A stretch of DNA of 55,648 nt from Helicobacter sp. (GTDB taxonomy: Bacteria > Campylobacterota > Campylobacteria > Campylobacterales > Helicobacteraceae). Positions 41,407-52,152 of the stretch are shown in pieces. Position 1 is the first letter of the stretch, and each line of letters opens with the position of its first letter. Location: NCBI GenBank assembly GCA_029264775.1, contig JARHYT010000021.1, positions 1 to 55,648 on the forward strand. Reading direction: 5' to 3'. Below the pieces are notes generated by a model. It did not search any database, was not told the origin of the DNA, and was given only the letters and a program-made list of their open reading frames with translations. The translations under genes were made by a program, and so were the position numbers.

Positions 41407-42168
41407 TTACCTTTTTAAGCCTGCTTGCAATAAATTCAAGTATCTATTCACAAGTCTTTTTGAATATTCATGTTTAACTTCGTGTATTTGTATTTTAGGT
41501 GTTAATTTAAATTCCTCGTGCATTTTACCATTTTCAATAACTATTATCTTGCTTGCTATTTTTGAAGCTACTTCTATATCATGTGTTATTAATAATATAC
41601 CAAGCCCTTTTTGTGTTTGTAATCTTTTTAAAATCTTTAATATTTTATATTGTGTTATTAGATCAAGATCTGTTGTTGGTTCATCAGCTATTATAAATGG
41701 TGCTTTTGTTAGCAAGGCTAATGCTATCATTACTCTTTGCAACATGCCACCACTCATTTCAAACGGATACAAATTCAATATACTTATATCTAGTCCTACT
41801 TCTTTTAGGGTAGATTCTATATATTTTTCATTCCATTTAACATTAATTGCTTTAATGCTTTCTTTTATATGTGATTTCATTGTATATAATTGATTAAAAC
41901 AAGTTCGTGGATTTTGCATAATATTTGCAAATATCTTTCCTCTAGCTTTATGTGTTTCTATTTCTTTATTGTCTAGTAAAATTATGCCGCTTGTCTTTAC
42001 TAAATTATTTGGTATTAATCCTTGTATCGATAAGGTAGTCAATGTCTTTCCACTTCCACTACTACCAAGCAAAATAGTTATATCATGACTTTCTATATAA
42101 AAATTAATATTATCTAATAATATTTTATCTCCATGCTTTAAAGTTAGATCTTTTATATCTAATCTCAT
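41407..42168 (-). CDS. nikD: Nickel ABC transporter ATP-binding subunit
   Basis: GSSGSGKT, IMQNPR, YPFEMSGGMLQR, ADEPTTDLD. Confidence 0.87.
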   Translation of the reverse strand: MRLDIKDLTLKHGDKILLDNINFYIESHDITILLGSSGSGKTLTTLSIQGLIPNNLVKTSGIILLDNKEIETHKARGKIFANIMQNPRTCFNQLYTMKSHIKESIKAINVKWNEKYIESTLKEVGLDISILNLYPFEMSGGMLQRVMIALALLTKAPFIIADEPTTDLDLITQYKILKILKRLQTQKGLGILLITHDIEVASKIASKIIVIENGKMHEEFKLTPKIQIHEVKHEYSKRLVNRYLNLLQAGLKR

Positions 42169-42176
42169 ATTTGCCC

Positions 42177-43022
42177 TTAATGTAAATTCTTTAAATCTAA
42201 GTCAAAATAATCTCTCAAACTATCGCCCAACATATTAAATAGTGCCACACATATAAATAATGCAAAACCCGGATAAATTAGCAACTCTGGATTACTCCAT
42301 ATAAAATCTTTAGAATCACTTAGCATAACTCCCCATTCTGCCTGCGGCGGTTGAACTCCCAATCCCAAAAATGATAATCCTGCTATATGCAACATAATAT
42401 GCCCTATATCCATTGTAGCCAACACAAGACATTGTGTAATAATTGGTACTAGCATATTTCTTTTAAAATTCTGCCATGGGCTTGCACCATATACGCGTGA
42501 TAATATTACAAATTCTTTATTCTTTAATGTAAGCACAATACTTCTTACAATCCTTGCATACCAAGCCCAATGAGTCAATGCTATTGCCAATATAACATTT
42601 TCTAGCCCTGCACCTAAAATTCCAACTAAAAATAACGAAAAAATAATTGTTGGGAGACTTAAAAATAAATCACAAATACGCATAATGATTCTATCAGCAT
42701 TGCCACCAAAGAAACCTGCTATACTGCCCATTAAAATACCGCACAATAAAACAAGAAGTATAGTAATGCCAACAGATAGTAAAGATATTCTCGCTCCGCA
42801 CACTATTCTTGTAAATATATCTCTACCTAATTGATCTGTGCCAAGCAAGTGAATTGAGCTAATACCGGCGAATTTATTGTCTAAATTTATAGAATCTGGT
42901 GAATATATCATATATATTGGTGCAATAGATATAAATATTATAAGCACAATAATCATAAAAAGTGAGAATCTACCCATAAAAGATAATTTTTTATTGCATT
43001 GATTAATTGATTTCAAATTCAA
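42177..43022 (-). CDS. nikC: Nickel ABC transporter permease
   Basis: LGTDQLGRD, HWAWYAR, DIGHIMLH; TTG start (43022 or 43016). Confidence 0.87.
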   Translation of the reverse strand: MNLKSINQCNKKLSFMGRFSLFMIIVLIIFISIAPIYMIYSPDSINLDNKFAGISSIHLLGTDQLGRDIFTRIVCGARISLLSVGITILLVLLCGILMGSIAGFFGGNADRIIMRICDLFLSLPTIIFSLFLVGILGAGLENVILAIALTHWAWYARIVRSIVLTLKNKEFVILSRVYGASPWQNFKRNMLVPIITQCLVLATMDIGHIMLHIAGLSFLGLGVQPPQAEWGVMLSDSKDFIWSNPELLIYPGFALFICVALFNMLGDSLRDYFDLDLKNLH

Positions 43023-43030
43023 TCCTTGCT

Positions 43031-43981
43031 TTATAAGGCATGTGTATATTCTATATTTTTTCTTATACGCGGATCAAGAAAAGCATATAAAATATCTACA
43101 ATCAAATTACATAAAGAAAATACAAGGCACATAATAATTACAAAGCATTGAATTATGGGGTAATCATGATTTGCTATACCTTGAATGCTATAGTATCCAA
43201 TACCGGGTATAGCAAATATACTTTCTATAATCAAAGCCCCGCCTATTAACTCCCCTATATACATTCCAAATGAGGTTACAACGGGCAACATAGCATTATA
43301 AAAGATATGCTTAATTGTTATTTTTGTTTTGCTTAATCCACGCATTGAAGCATAAATAATATGTCGTTCTTTTGATACTTCAAGCATATTTGCTCTAATC
43401 AAACGAATATTAATGCAAATTGACATAAGGGCTATGCTTATGGAGGGCAATATAAAGGACTTATAGTCTTGAACACCAAGAGATGGTAGCCAATTTAGAG
43501 TCAATGAAAATAACATAATAAGCAAGAAAGCAAGCCAAAAGTTTGGGATACAAACGCCAATAAAGCAAAAAAACCTTATTATAAAATCTGGTATTTTATC
43601 TTTATAATATGTGGATATTATACCCAATGGAATAGATATAAGCAAAGTTAGTAAAAATGAAAATATAGTTAATATAATCGTATTTGGTAGATAATATAAA
43701 AAATCACTTATTACTTCTCTATTTGTCATATATGATTTACCAAAGTCAAATTGAATAGCTTTTTTTAACCATAAAATATATTGTGTTAAAATAGGCTTAT
43801 CCAATCCAAACTCCTTAGATACTTCCTGTATTACCTGTGGAGTTGATGTTAGATTAGCATTTATGATATATAGGGATACTGGATCTGTATTGTTTAGTCT
43901 TAATAAATAAAATATTATAAATGAAGCCAAAAATAGCATGGGAATTATAGCTAAGATTCTATAAGCAATATATTTTATCAT
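43031..43981 (-). CDS. nikB: Nickel ABC transporter permease
   Basis: FGLDKP, PNFWL, ESIFAIPGIG, DYPIIQ. Confidence 0.87.
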   Translation of the reverse strand: MIKYIAYRILAIIPMLFLASFIIFYLLRLNNTDPVSLYIINANLTSTPQVIQEVSKEFGLDKPILTQYILWLKKAIQFDFGKSYMTNREVISDFLYYLPNTIILTIFSFLLTLLISIPLGIISTYYKDKIPDFIIRFFCFIGVCIPNFWLAFLLIMLFSLTLNWLPSLGVQDYKSFILPSISIALMSICINIRLIRANMLEVSKERHIIYASMRGLSKTKITIKHIFYNAMLPVVTSFGMYIGELIGGALIIESIFAIPGIGYYSIQGIANHDYPIIQCFVIIMCLVFSLCNLIVDILYAFLDPRIRKNIEYTHAL

Positions 43982-45588
43982 TACTCATAAAACTCCCAAA
44001 ATGGTATCTCAAAGGCATGTATATCAGGGGCAATACCCTTTATGCCACTTCGTGATACAACCTTATTTGTGTCATATGTTAAAGGTATGTAAATTTGTGT
44101 TTCATAAATCATATCAAGTAAATTCTCCATTTTATTTGATAACTCTTTTTCCTTTTTATCATTTTTATAATCTACATTGCTTGCTTGCAAGTCATATGCA
44201 CTTTGTATTATATCTTGTATTGCTTTGTCGATTAGTGGTTTTTGTTTTAGCGGCTTTTGTGCTATGTAGTCAATATGCCCTTCATTTCTCATTGAATTAA
44301 GAAATGTAAATGGCTCATATGGTATCCCCCATGTTTGACTAAAGCATATATCAAAATTACCTTTTAATCGTTTGTTTTGATATATGCTTATTTCATTTGG
44401 TATCAATTGTAAAAAGATTCCAATATCCTTTAATTGTGCTTGCAGTATTTCTGCTATTGCCTTTTGTGTTGGATTGTTTGCTATAAAATTTATATTTAGA
44501 GTTATTTTTTTTTCATCTTTATATAAGTATCCATCGTCCTTATATGTATATCCTAACCTTTGTAGTTTGTCTTTAGCCAATTTCTTGTTATATTTTGTTG
44601 TTTTGTAGTTTTTTGGTGTTGAATATGGCATATTTGGTGAAAATAGATATGGTGCTACATTTTGATAACCATAATATACATGTTTTACAATCTTTTCTTT
44701 ATCAATTGCTAAAGCTATTATTTCTCTAAAATCTTTTGATTCTAAAAATCTATTATATGGATTAAGTACTAATGTCGTGGTAAATATAGGAGGGCTTATA
44801 AATGATTGAAATTTATTAGATTTAGCAATGTCTTTAAAAATTTCAATTGGAATTTCATTTGAACCATAAATTAAATCTATTTGATTTGTTCTCAATGCTA
44901 TAAGTTTGGAATTAGAATCAATAATAACCTTTGTGATTATTTTATCAAAATAGATTCCATTATATCTTTGTTTATCCCAATAATTTGGATTTTTACTAAA
45001 TGTATCGCTAATACCCATTTTTGTATCAGTAATCATATATGGACCCGTGCCTATCTGTCCTTTTGGTTTATTTTTTAATAAATCTAAGTCGTTTGGAAAC
45101 ATACTAGGGGCTAGGAATCTAAAAGGACGAATTAAAGATAACTCGTTTAATGTCGCTAAATAAGGTTGTTTTAAGCATAAGGCAATAGTGTATTCATCAA
45201 TCACTTTTACATAATCTATAAGCATAACTAATGCTGACCATGAATGTTTCGCACGATTAAGTAAAATTGATTTAAAATTCTTTTCTACAGCATATGAATC
45301 AAATTTTTCTCCATTTGAAAATGTTACATTTTTTCTTAAATGAAAAATATATGTTTTGCCTTGATCTTTAATCTCCCATGAGTTAGCTAGAAATGGTACT
45401 ATTTTGCCATTTCTATCTGTTTTTACAAGTCCCTCATAAATCATATTTTGTGCGTATAGTTGGTTTTGATAGCCTTGTGGATTCATATCGCCAACATTTT
45501 GTGATACTGCCACATACAAAATATTCTCTGCCAACACTAATTTAATATTACATAATAAAAACATAAAAAGTATTATTCTTTTAAGCAT
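43981..45588 (-). CDS. nikA: Nickel ABC transporter substrate-binding protein
   Basis: AQNMIYEGLV, RAKHSW, ELSLIRPFRF, TWGIPYEP resemble E. coli NikA; signal peptide from ATG 45588. Confidence 0.87.
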   Translation of the reverse strand: MLKRIILFMFLLCNIKLVLAENILYVAVSQNVGDMNPQGYQNQLYAQNMIYEGLVKTDRNGKIVPFLANSWEIKDQGKTYIFHLRKNVTFSNGEKFDSYAVEKNFKSILLNRAKHSWSALVMLIDYVKVIDEYTIALCLKQPYLATLNELSLIRPFRFLAPSMFPNDLDLLKNKPKGQIGTGPYMITDTKMGISDTFSKNPNYWDKQRYNGIYFDKIITKVIIDSNSKLIALRTNQIDLIYGSNEIPIEIFKDIAKSNKFQSFISPPIFTTTLVLNPYNRFLESKDFREIIALAIDKEKIVKHVYYGYQNVAPYLFSPNMPYSTPKNYKTTKYNKKLAKDKLQRLGYTYKDDGYLYKDEKKITLNINFIANNPTQKAIAEILQAQLKDIGIFLQLIPNEISIYQNKRLKGNFDICFSQTWGIPYEPFTFLNSMRNEGHIDYIAQKPLKQKPLIDKAIQDIIQSAYDLQASNVDYKNDKKEKELSNKMENLLDMIYETQIYIPLTYDTNKVVSRSGIKGIAPDIHAFEIPFWEFYE

Positions 45589-45623
45589 AGTAACCCTAGT
45601 AGCGTAAGTAGTATATAAACACA

Positions 45624-45665
45624 ATTATAACTAAAAAGTATTACAAAGTAAATGTTTGTAATACT
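45624..45665 (-). promoter_or_regulatory. nikA promoter (-10 TATAAT at 45624-45629) and NikR-type operator (45637-45665)
   Basis: Perfect inverted repeat AGTATTACAAA-N7-TTTGTAATACT, i.e. TATTA-N15-TAATA. Confidence 0.8.
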
Positions 45666-45744
45666 GATTATATATTTTTACATTCATAGCATTAGATTAG
45701 ATATAATATTAATGGGGATAGTGTATATGATTTGAAGGATTAAA

Positions 45745-48700
45745 ATGAATAAACAAGGTAATATAAATTTTACACATTTACATCTACATACAGAGTATTC
45801 ATTACTAGATGGTGCAAATAAACTTGATGTATTAGCAAAGAAAATAAAAGAGCTAGGTATGGATAGTGTAGCGATGACTGATCATGGAAACATGTTTGGT
45901 GCTGTTGAGTTTTATAAAATTATGAAAAAGTATGGAATAAAGCCCATAATTGGTATTGAGGCATATATACATAATAAAGAGGAGCTTGATGACAGAACAC
46001 AAAATAGTCCTAAATTTCATGTTTGTTTATATGCAAAGAATGAGGAAGGATATAAAAACTTAATGTATCTTTCAAGCCAAAGTTTTATAAAAGGATTCTA
46101 TCGCACTTCAAGAATTAACAAAAAGATTCTAAGGCAGTATTCAAAAGGCATAGTTTGTTCATCTGCTTGCCTTAATGGTGAAGTAGCATGGAATCTAAAT
46201 ATCGGTAGCTACATGGATAATAAGAAAAGAGAAAAGAAAATTATCATGGGAGCGAAAGGGTATGATGGAGCAAAAGAGGCGGTATATGAATATCAAGATA
46301 TTTTTGGTGAAGACTTTTATATAGAGATTATGCGACATGGCATAACAGATCAAAGATATATAGATAATGATTTATTGCGTTTGAGTTTAGAAACAGGGGC
46401 TAAATTAATTGCAACAAATGATGCACATTATACTAACAAAGAAGATTCTAGTATGCAGGAAGCAGCAATGATGATTGCTATGGCAACAGATATAAATGAT
46501 CCAAAGAGATTAAAGCATACGGTAGAGGAATTTTATATAAAAAGCCCTAGTCAAATGCTTGATTTATTTATGGATATTCCTGAGGCAGTCTATAATACAA
46601 GTGAAGTTGCTAATAAATGCAATTTAGTAATAGATTTAAAAGATGATAAAAATCCACCTACACCACCTAGTTTTAAATTTGCATATGAATATGCTAAAAA
46701 TGAAGGTTTGAGTATAAATGATGAGAGTGAATATTTTATATATAAGTGTAAAGAGGGATTAAAAAAGAGATTAGAACAAGTAGATTCTAGTAAGCATGCT
46801 ATATATCATGCTAGATTACAAGAAGAGATGGATATTATAACAAAAATGAAATTTCCCGGATATATGTTAATAGTATGGGATTTTATAAATTATGCAAAAC
46901 AAAATAGGATTCCAGTAGGTCCGGGTAGGGGGAGTGCTGCGGGGAGTCTTGTAGCATATAGCTTAAATATAACAGATCTAGATCCAATTAAATATGATTT
47001 GCTTTTTGAGAGATTCTTAAATCCAGATAGAATCTCAATGCCAGATATTGATACAGATTTTTGTCAAAGAAGAAGATCTGAAATGTTTGATTATATGCGT
47101 GATAAATATGGTGAATATAATGTAGCACAAGTTATTACTTTTGGTAAAATGCTAGCTAGAGGCGTAATTAGAGATGTTGCTAGAATCTATGGTATGCCAA
47201 TAAAAGATGCAGATAAATTTGCAAAACTAATACCAACAAAACTTGGAATCACATTAAAAAGTTATGAATCAAATGGTAAGGTAATTGATGGTGCATATGA
47301 GTTAGAGCCTCGCATAAAGGAATTAATAGAAAGTGATGAACTAGCTAGAAAAGTATGGGAAATGGCATTGCGTTTAGAAAAACTCAATAGAAACACAGGC
47401 AAACATGCAGCTGCTTTAGTTGTAGATTCACAAAAAGAATTATGGCACAAAGTACCTTTATATGTTAGTGAACGCACAAAAGGCGTCATGGTAACGCAAT
47501 ATTCTATGAAATATCTTGAACCAGTAGATTTGATTAAATTTGACTTCTTAGGATTGAAAACACTAACTGTTATACAAGATACACTAGATATTATAAAAGA
47601 TACAAATAATGAAGATATAAACCTATCATTACTTGATGTTAATGATGAAAAAGTATATAGGACATTAAGAAGTGGTAATACTCTAGGCGTATTTCAATTA
47701 GAATCAAGTGGTATGCAAGAATTTAACAGACGCTTGCAGCCAAGTGGCATTGATGATGCGATAGCGCTTTTAGCCCTTTTTAGACCCGGTCCTATGGAAA
47801 GTGGGATGAGTGATGAATACATAGATAGAAAACATGGTAGAAAAGAGGTTTCATATACATTTAGTGAGTTAGAGCCGATACTAAAAAGTACTTATGGTGT
47901 TATTGTATATCAAGAACAAGTTATGCAAATAGTACAAGTTATAGGTGGTTTTACATTAGGTGAGGCAGATTTAGTTCGTAGGGCTATGGGTAAAAAAGAT
48001 GCTAGGATTATGGAACAAAACAAGGCAAAGTTTGCAGATGGAGCACAAAAAAACGGCTTTGATAGAATAAAAGCAGAAGAATTGTTTGATCAAATTGCGA
48101 AGTTTGCAGAATATGGATTCAATAAATCTCATTCAGCAGCCTATGGAATCTTAACATTTCAAACCGCTTATCTAAAGACATATTTTGAGCATGAATTTAT
48201 GGCAGCAATGCTAACAAGCGAAAGCCATAAAGTAGATTCAGTTGCGACATATATTGATGAGGCAAAAGCTATGGGTATTGAGATATTGCCTCCACATGTA
48301 AATACTTCTCAAACAAATTTTTCAGTAATAATTGATAAAGATGGAGTTAAAAAAATTGTATTTGGTTTAAATGCTATAAAAGGTGCTGGTGAATATGCAC
48401 TTAAAAGTATTATAGAAGATAGAAAAAAGCATGGCAATTTTGCTAACTTAGAGGACTTTATAGCAAAGGCAGATTTTAAAAAAATATCTAAGAAATCATT
48501 AGAGCCATTAATAAAAAGCGGTAGTCTTGATAACTTGGGTTATACTCGTGCAAGTATGCTTGAAAGTATTGATTACATTTGTAATCTAGGGAGACGGATG
48601 TCAAGAGAAAAATCAGGTACATTTAGTTTATTTGGTGCTGAATCTTTTCGTTCAGCTATAGAAATACCACATTTAAAAGAATTAGAAAAAAGTATATTAT

Positions 48701-49557
48701 TAGAATATGAATATGAAAGCATGGGGATATATGTAAGCGGACATCCTCTTGATGATTTTAAAGAAGAAATAGATTCTATAAAAAATGTTGTAAAAATTTC
48801 AGATTTAGAAAATATAGCAGATGGTTCTAATATTTTGATTATAGGTAAGATTGAAGATTTACAAAGAAAAATGAGTAAAAGTAATAGGACATATGGAACT
48901 GCAAAGATTATGGATTTTAGCGGTAAGCAACAATTGACGCTTTTTGAGACACAGCTAAATATACTTGATAACTATGATTTGAATAAGCCAGTCGGAATCC
49001 TAGGTAAATTAGAAAAAGAGGAATTTATAACAGATAATGAAGATGGGGGAGTTGAGGTAAATTATAAAACAGAGATAAGAGTTTTTGATATACATAATTT
49101 AGAATCTTGTAAAAATGTTAAGATAAGAGTAAAAAGAGAAATCAATAAAAAAAGTGTTGAAAATAAAGATAATGTAAAAGCAAGTAATAACTTAATGGAC
49201 AATATATCAACACGCAATAATTATAATATGGAATCTTTACATAATGATGCTGTTTATGGAGATTCTATATTAGATGAATCAAATGGCATAGAGCCTTTAA
49301 ATTTAAAGGCAGATATGGACGCAAGAAGTTCTTGTCTATGTGCTTTAATGGAAAATATGATAACAAAAGAACAGATAGATATAATAGCTAATTTAGCTAA
49401 GACCAGTCAAGGACATATAAGGTTTGGCATAGGATTTAAAGACAATAAAAAAGGCAAAACTTTTATATTTGAAAGTGATATATGTATAGATGAGAATATA
49501 AAAGATAAAATTAGTAGCATATTACCTCAATGTGAGTGGAAATATATAGCAATATAA
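45745..49557 (+). CDS. dnaE: DNA polymerase III alpha subunit
   Basis: HLHLHTEYSLLDG, GPGRGSAAGS, MPDIDTDF, KFDFLGL, YGFNKSH. Confidence 0.98.
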   Translation: MNKQGNINFTHLHLHTEYSLLDGANKLDVLAKKIKELGMDSVAMTDHGNMFGAVEFYKIMKKYGIKPIIGIEAYIHNKEELDDRTQNSPKFHVCLYAKNEEGYKNLMYLSSQSFIKGFYRTSRINKKILRQYSKGIVCSSACLNGEVAWNLNIGSYMDNKKREKKIIMGAKGYDGAKEAVYEYQDIFGEDFYIEIMRHGITDQRYIDNDLLRLSLETGAKLIATNDAHYTNKEDSSMQEAAMMIAMATDINDPKRLKHTVEEFYIKSPSQMLDLFMDIPEAVYNTSEVANKCNLVIDLKDDKNPPTPPSFKFAYEYAKNEGLSINDESEYFIYKCKEGLKKRLEQVDSSKHAIYHARLQEEMDIITKMKFPGYMLIVWDFINYAKQNRIPVGPGRGSAAGSLVAYSLNITDLDPIKYDLLFERFLNPDRISMPDIDTDFCQRRRSEMFDYMRDKYGEYNVAQVITFGKMLARGVIRDVARIYGMPIKDADKFAKLIPTKLGITLKSYESNGKVIDGAYELEPRIKELIESDELARKVWEMALRLEKLNRNTGKHAAALVVDSQKELWHKVPLYVSERTKGVMVTQYSMKYLEPVDLIKFDFLGLKTLTVIQDTLDIIKDTNNEDINLSLLDVNDEKVYRTLRSGNTLGVFQLESSGMQEFNRRLQPSGIDDAIALLALFRPGPMESGMSDEYIDRKHGRKEVSYTFSELEPILKSTYGVIVYQEQVMQIVQVIGGFTLGEADLVRRAMGKKDARIMEQNKAKFADGAQKNGFDRIKAEELFDQIAKFAEYGFNKSHSAAYGILTFQTAYLKTYFEHEFMAAMLTSESHKVDSVATYIDEAKAMGIEILPPHVNTSQTNFSVIIDKDGVKKIVFGLNAIKGAGEYALKSIIEDRKKHGNFANLEDFIAKADFKKISKKSLEPLIKSGSLDNLGYTRASMLESIDYICNLGRRMSREKSGTFSLFGAESFRSAIEIPHLKELEKSILLEYEYESMGIYVSGHPLDDFKEEIDSIKNVVKISDLENIADGSNILIIGKIEDLQRKMSKSNRTYGTAKIMDFSGKQQLTLFETQLNILDNYDLNKPVGILGKLEKEEFITDNEDGGVEVNYKTEIRVFDIHNLESCKNVKIRVKREINKKSVENKDNVKASNNLMDNISTRNNYNMESLHNDAVYGDSILDESNGIEPLNLKADMDARSSCLCALMENMITKEQIDIIANLAKTSQGHIRFGIGFKDNKKGKTFIFESDICIDENIKDKISSILPQCEWKYIAI

Positions 49558-49973
49558 AATATTAGTTCTTTTATATTAGCTAATACATGTAGTTAATTTA
49601 AGTATATCACAACTTTTAATATAACCTATGTTTAATACGATTTTAAATAACTTAAAATACACAAATATTTATTTGCAGTAAAGATTGACTATAGAATCTA
49701 GTATTATTTAAGCAATAAAATTTATGTAATATTGTATAAATTTTATAAAAATATCACATACAAATAATAACCTTATGATAAAACATAATATAAAACTTAT
49801 TGCAATGCAATGTGATAGAAACACAAAACTATTTTATTCATTGTAGTTTAAATGCTTTCATTCAAGTTAATCTAAGCACAATAACGACAGGCTCAATGAA
49901 GTTTGTGCCTATATTATCTATCATTTACAATATATAGATATAGAGCTAGTAATGCTCTAATGGAGTAGATAAT

Positions 49974-50771
49974 TTATTTTAGTGTTGTTTCTATATCTTT
50001 TTTAATTTTTATAATCTCTTCTATTATGCTAGGTGAGCCTCTAAGTAAAGAATGCAGTTCTAAGAAATAAACATTATTGTTATTTATAGCTTTTAGGTAT
50101 TTAAATGAAGTGTTTGATTTTACTAACTCATCTTTACTGGCTATTCTCAAACCATATAAAATTATATCTGGATTTTTAGATACTAGATATTCAGTATCAA
50201 GGATAGATTGTCTGCCAATCATATGTTTTCCTATGTTATTAATACCAATAGTTTCTAATATATCGCTAGGTAAAGTATCCCCGCCAAATACCATAAGCGG
50301 TGTAGCACTATATATAAATATACCGCTTTTGTTTATAGGTTTTGCCTTTATTTTCTCTATCTTTTCCATAAATTCCTTAGCGACAATTTTAGCCTTATCT
50401 TCTCTATTTGTCATTTTGCCAAGTGTTAATATGTTATCATGTATTTGTTGTAATGTGTTAGCGGGTAATTCCTTTGTTATTATTCCATACTTTTCTAATT
50501 GATCTTTTAGCCCCATACTATATGATGTTAGTATTACAATTTTTGGTTTTAGATTCAATATTTTCTCAAGATTTGGTTGAGTGAAAGTTCCAACAGTATC
50601 AAGTTTTGAGGTTTTATCTACAGGCTTTAAATTACCCATAGATGGCACAGCAATAATTTCCTCTTCAGCTCCTATCATATACAATATTTCTATACTTGCA
50701 GGATCAAGAACTACCATACTTTTAGCATTACAAAAACATATAATGAAAACAAATAAAAAAAGTTTTTTCAT
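49974..50771 (-). CDS. Periplasmic binding protein, iron-siderophore/haem/B12 (BtuF-like) family
   Basis: Signal peptide, EILYMIG, VGTFTQPNLEKILNLKP, LRGSP. Confidence 0.83.
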   Translation of the reverse strand: MKKLFLFVFIICFCNAKSMVVLDPASIEILYMIGAEEEIIAVPSMGNLKPVDKTSKLDTVGTFTQPNLEKILNLKPKIVILTSYSMGLKDQLEKYGIITKELPANTLQQIHDNILTLGKMTNREDKAKIVAKEFMEKIEKIKAKPINKSGIFIYSATPLMVFGGDTLPSDILETIGINNIGKHMIGRQSILDTEYLVSKNPDIILYGLRIASKDELVKSNTSFKYLKAINNNNVYFLELHSLLRGSPSIIEEIIKIKKDIETTLK

Positions 50772-51080
50772 AGAATATCTCCAAAAAATAAGAATAGATA
50801 CTATTATATCATAAAATATTAGAATATATAAATATAAATTATTTACTTGTATAATTTACTATATTCAATGTCTTTTAGGTATATTGCATTATAAATTTAA
50901 TCGATATATTAGATATTTTAGTATGGATAAAAATTATTTAATTATCAATTTATTTTATATTTTATATCGTATTTTGTAATATCACTATATAATTTATATT
51001 AAAATGTATATTTTTGTTATAGTAGTGTTAAATATGTATTTTACGATTTATTTTGCTGGAATTATCGTATAAATGTATAT

Positions 51081-52043
51081 TTACACTTCTATAAGATTCC
51101 ATTCTTTTGGGTAAAAATCTGCCATTCTTTCTTTTGTTGAGCTTATAAAAACTTTTGATGGTGCAATAATAGTTTTTTGTGGATTATTTATAAGATATGC
51201 AGCCCACCAACTAAATGTAGAATTGGCTATAATTGCATTTTTGCATGAACGCATTAATTCAATTTCTTCAAATGCGTTGCCCTCATCATTTTTATCAATG
51301 AAATCAAAAGTAGCTTGGTTTATCAATGCCTTATCAATGTTTTTTAAAAATTCTTGCTTACACCATTTTATATCATTACTAAAAATAAATATATGTGGCT
51401 TTGTAAGTTTTTTACACATAATGCTTAATGCTTCATTATAATATTTGCTAGAAAGCTGTATATATCCTCTATCTTTTAATAGCAAATAATCTCCTCTCCT
51501 AATATGCAAAAAAACGCTTTGTTCTGTATCCAATATCATCTCTTTTATATTCAAGATTTCTTTGGATAAATTGCTTTTAGCTTTAAATTCATTAGCAATG
51601 TGATCTTTTATAGAATCTATATATGTTAAACTTTGAAAGAAACCAGAAAAATAGGAATTATCATAAAAAAATGGTTTGTCTTCTTTCATTTTTTCTACAA
51701 GCTTTAAATCATCATTAATATTAAACTTATAAGGATTTTTTCTAAAAGGCTTTGGCATAAACTTATTTATCTTTTTTTTAAGCAAGAAATTACTATCATG
51801 TGTTTTAAAAAAAAGCCTAGAATCAAAGTTTTCTATAATAGGTATAGAGATATTGTAATTTGTTAATTCTAGTTTTCTAGTTGTATCTTTTGCTATTCCA
51901 TTGTCAAATGGCTTAATATTTTTTATACTTTCAAACCATGATGTATCTAAGCCTACTTCATAACCTTTTTGTTTCAACAACATAGCAAAGGCATAAACAA
52001 ACATTTGATTACCAAGCCCACCATCTATCTTAACAACAAGCAT
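51081..52043 (-). CDS. Alpha-1,2-fucosyltransferase (GT11)
   Basis: GGLGNQMF, HIRRGDY, IFSND, IIANSTFSWWAAY; ATG 52043 after AAGGG. Confidence 0.93.
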   Translation of the reverse strand: MLVVKIDGGLGNQMFVYAFAMLLKQKGYEVGLDTSWFESIKNIKPFDNGIAKDTTRKLELTNYNISIPIIENFDSRLFFKTHDSNFLLKKKINKFMPKPFRKNPYKFNINDDLKLVEKMKEDKPFFYDNSYFSGFFQSLTYIDSIKDHIANEFKAKSNLSKEILNIKEMILDTEQSVFLHIRRGDYLLLKDRGYIQLSSKYYNEALSIMCKKLTKPHIFIFSNDIKWCKQEFLKNIDKALINQATFDFIDKNDEGNAFEEIELMRSCKNAIIANSTFSWWAAYLINNPQKTIIAPSKVFISSTKERMADFYPKEWNLIEV

Positions 52044-52064
52044 AAACACCCTTTTTTAGTTAAG

Positions 52065-52073
52065 ATTATAGCA
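52065..52073 (-). promoter_or_regulatory. Extended -10 promoter of the GT11 gene
   Basis: TGCTATAAT on the minus strand about 22 nt upstream of ATG. Confidence 0.65.
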
Positions 52074-52152
52074 AAAATACAAACTAAAAGCAGTTAGCAA
52101 ATAAACAACAGCTATTTAAGACAGATAATATTATAACGAGATAGAATCTGTA

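Noticed and set aside
45745-49557. Possible intein in the long DnaE
   Set aside because: No intein splice or homing-endonuclease motifs seen; extra length is a low-complexity C-terminal linker
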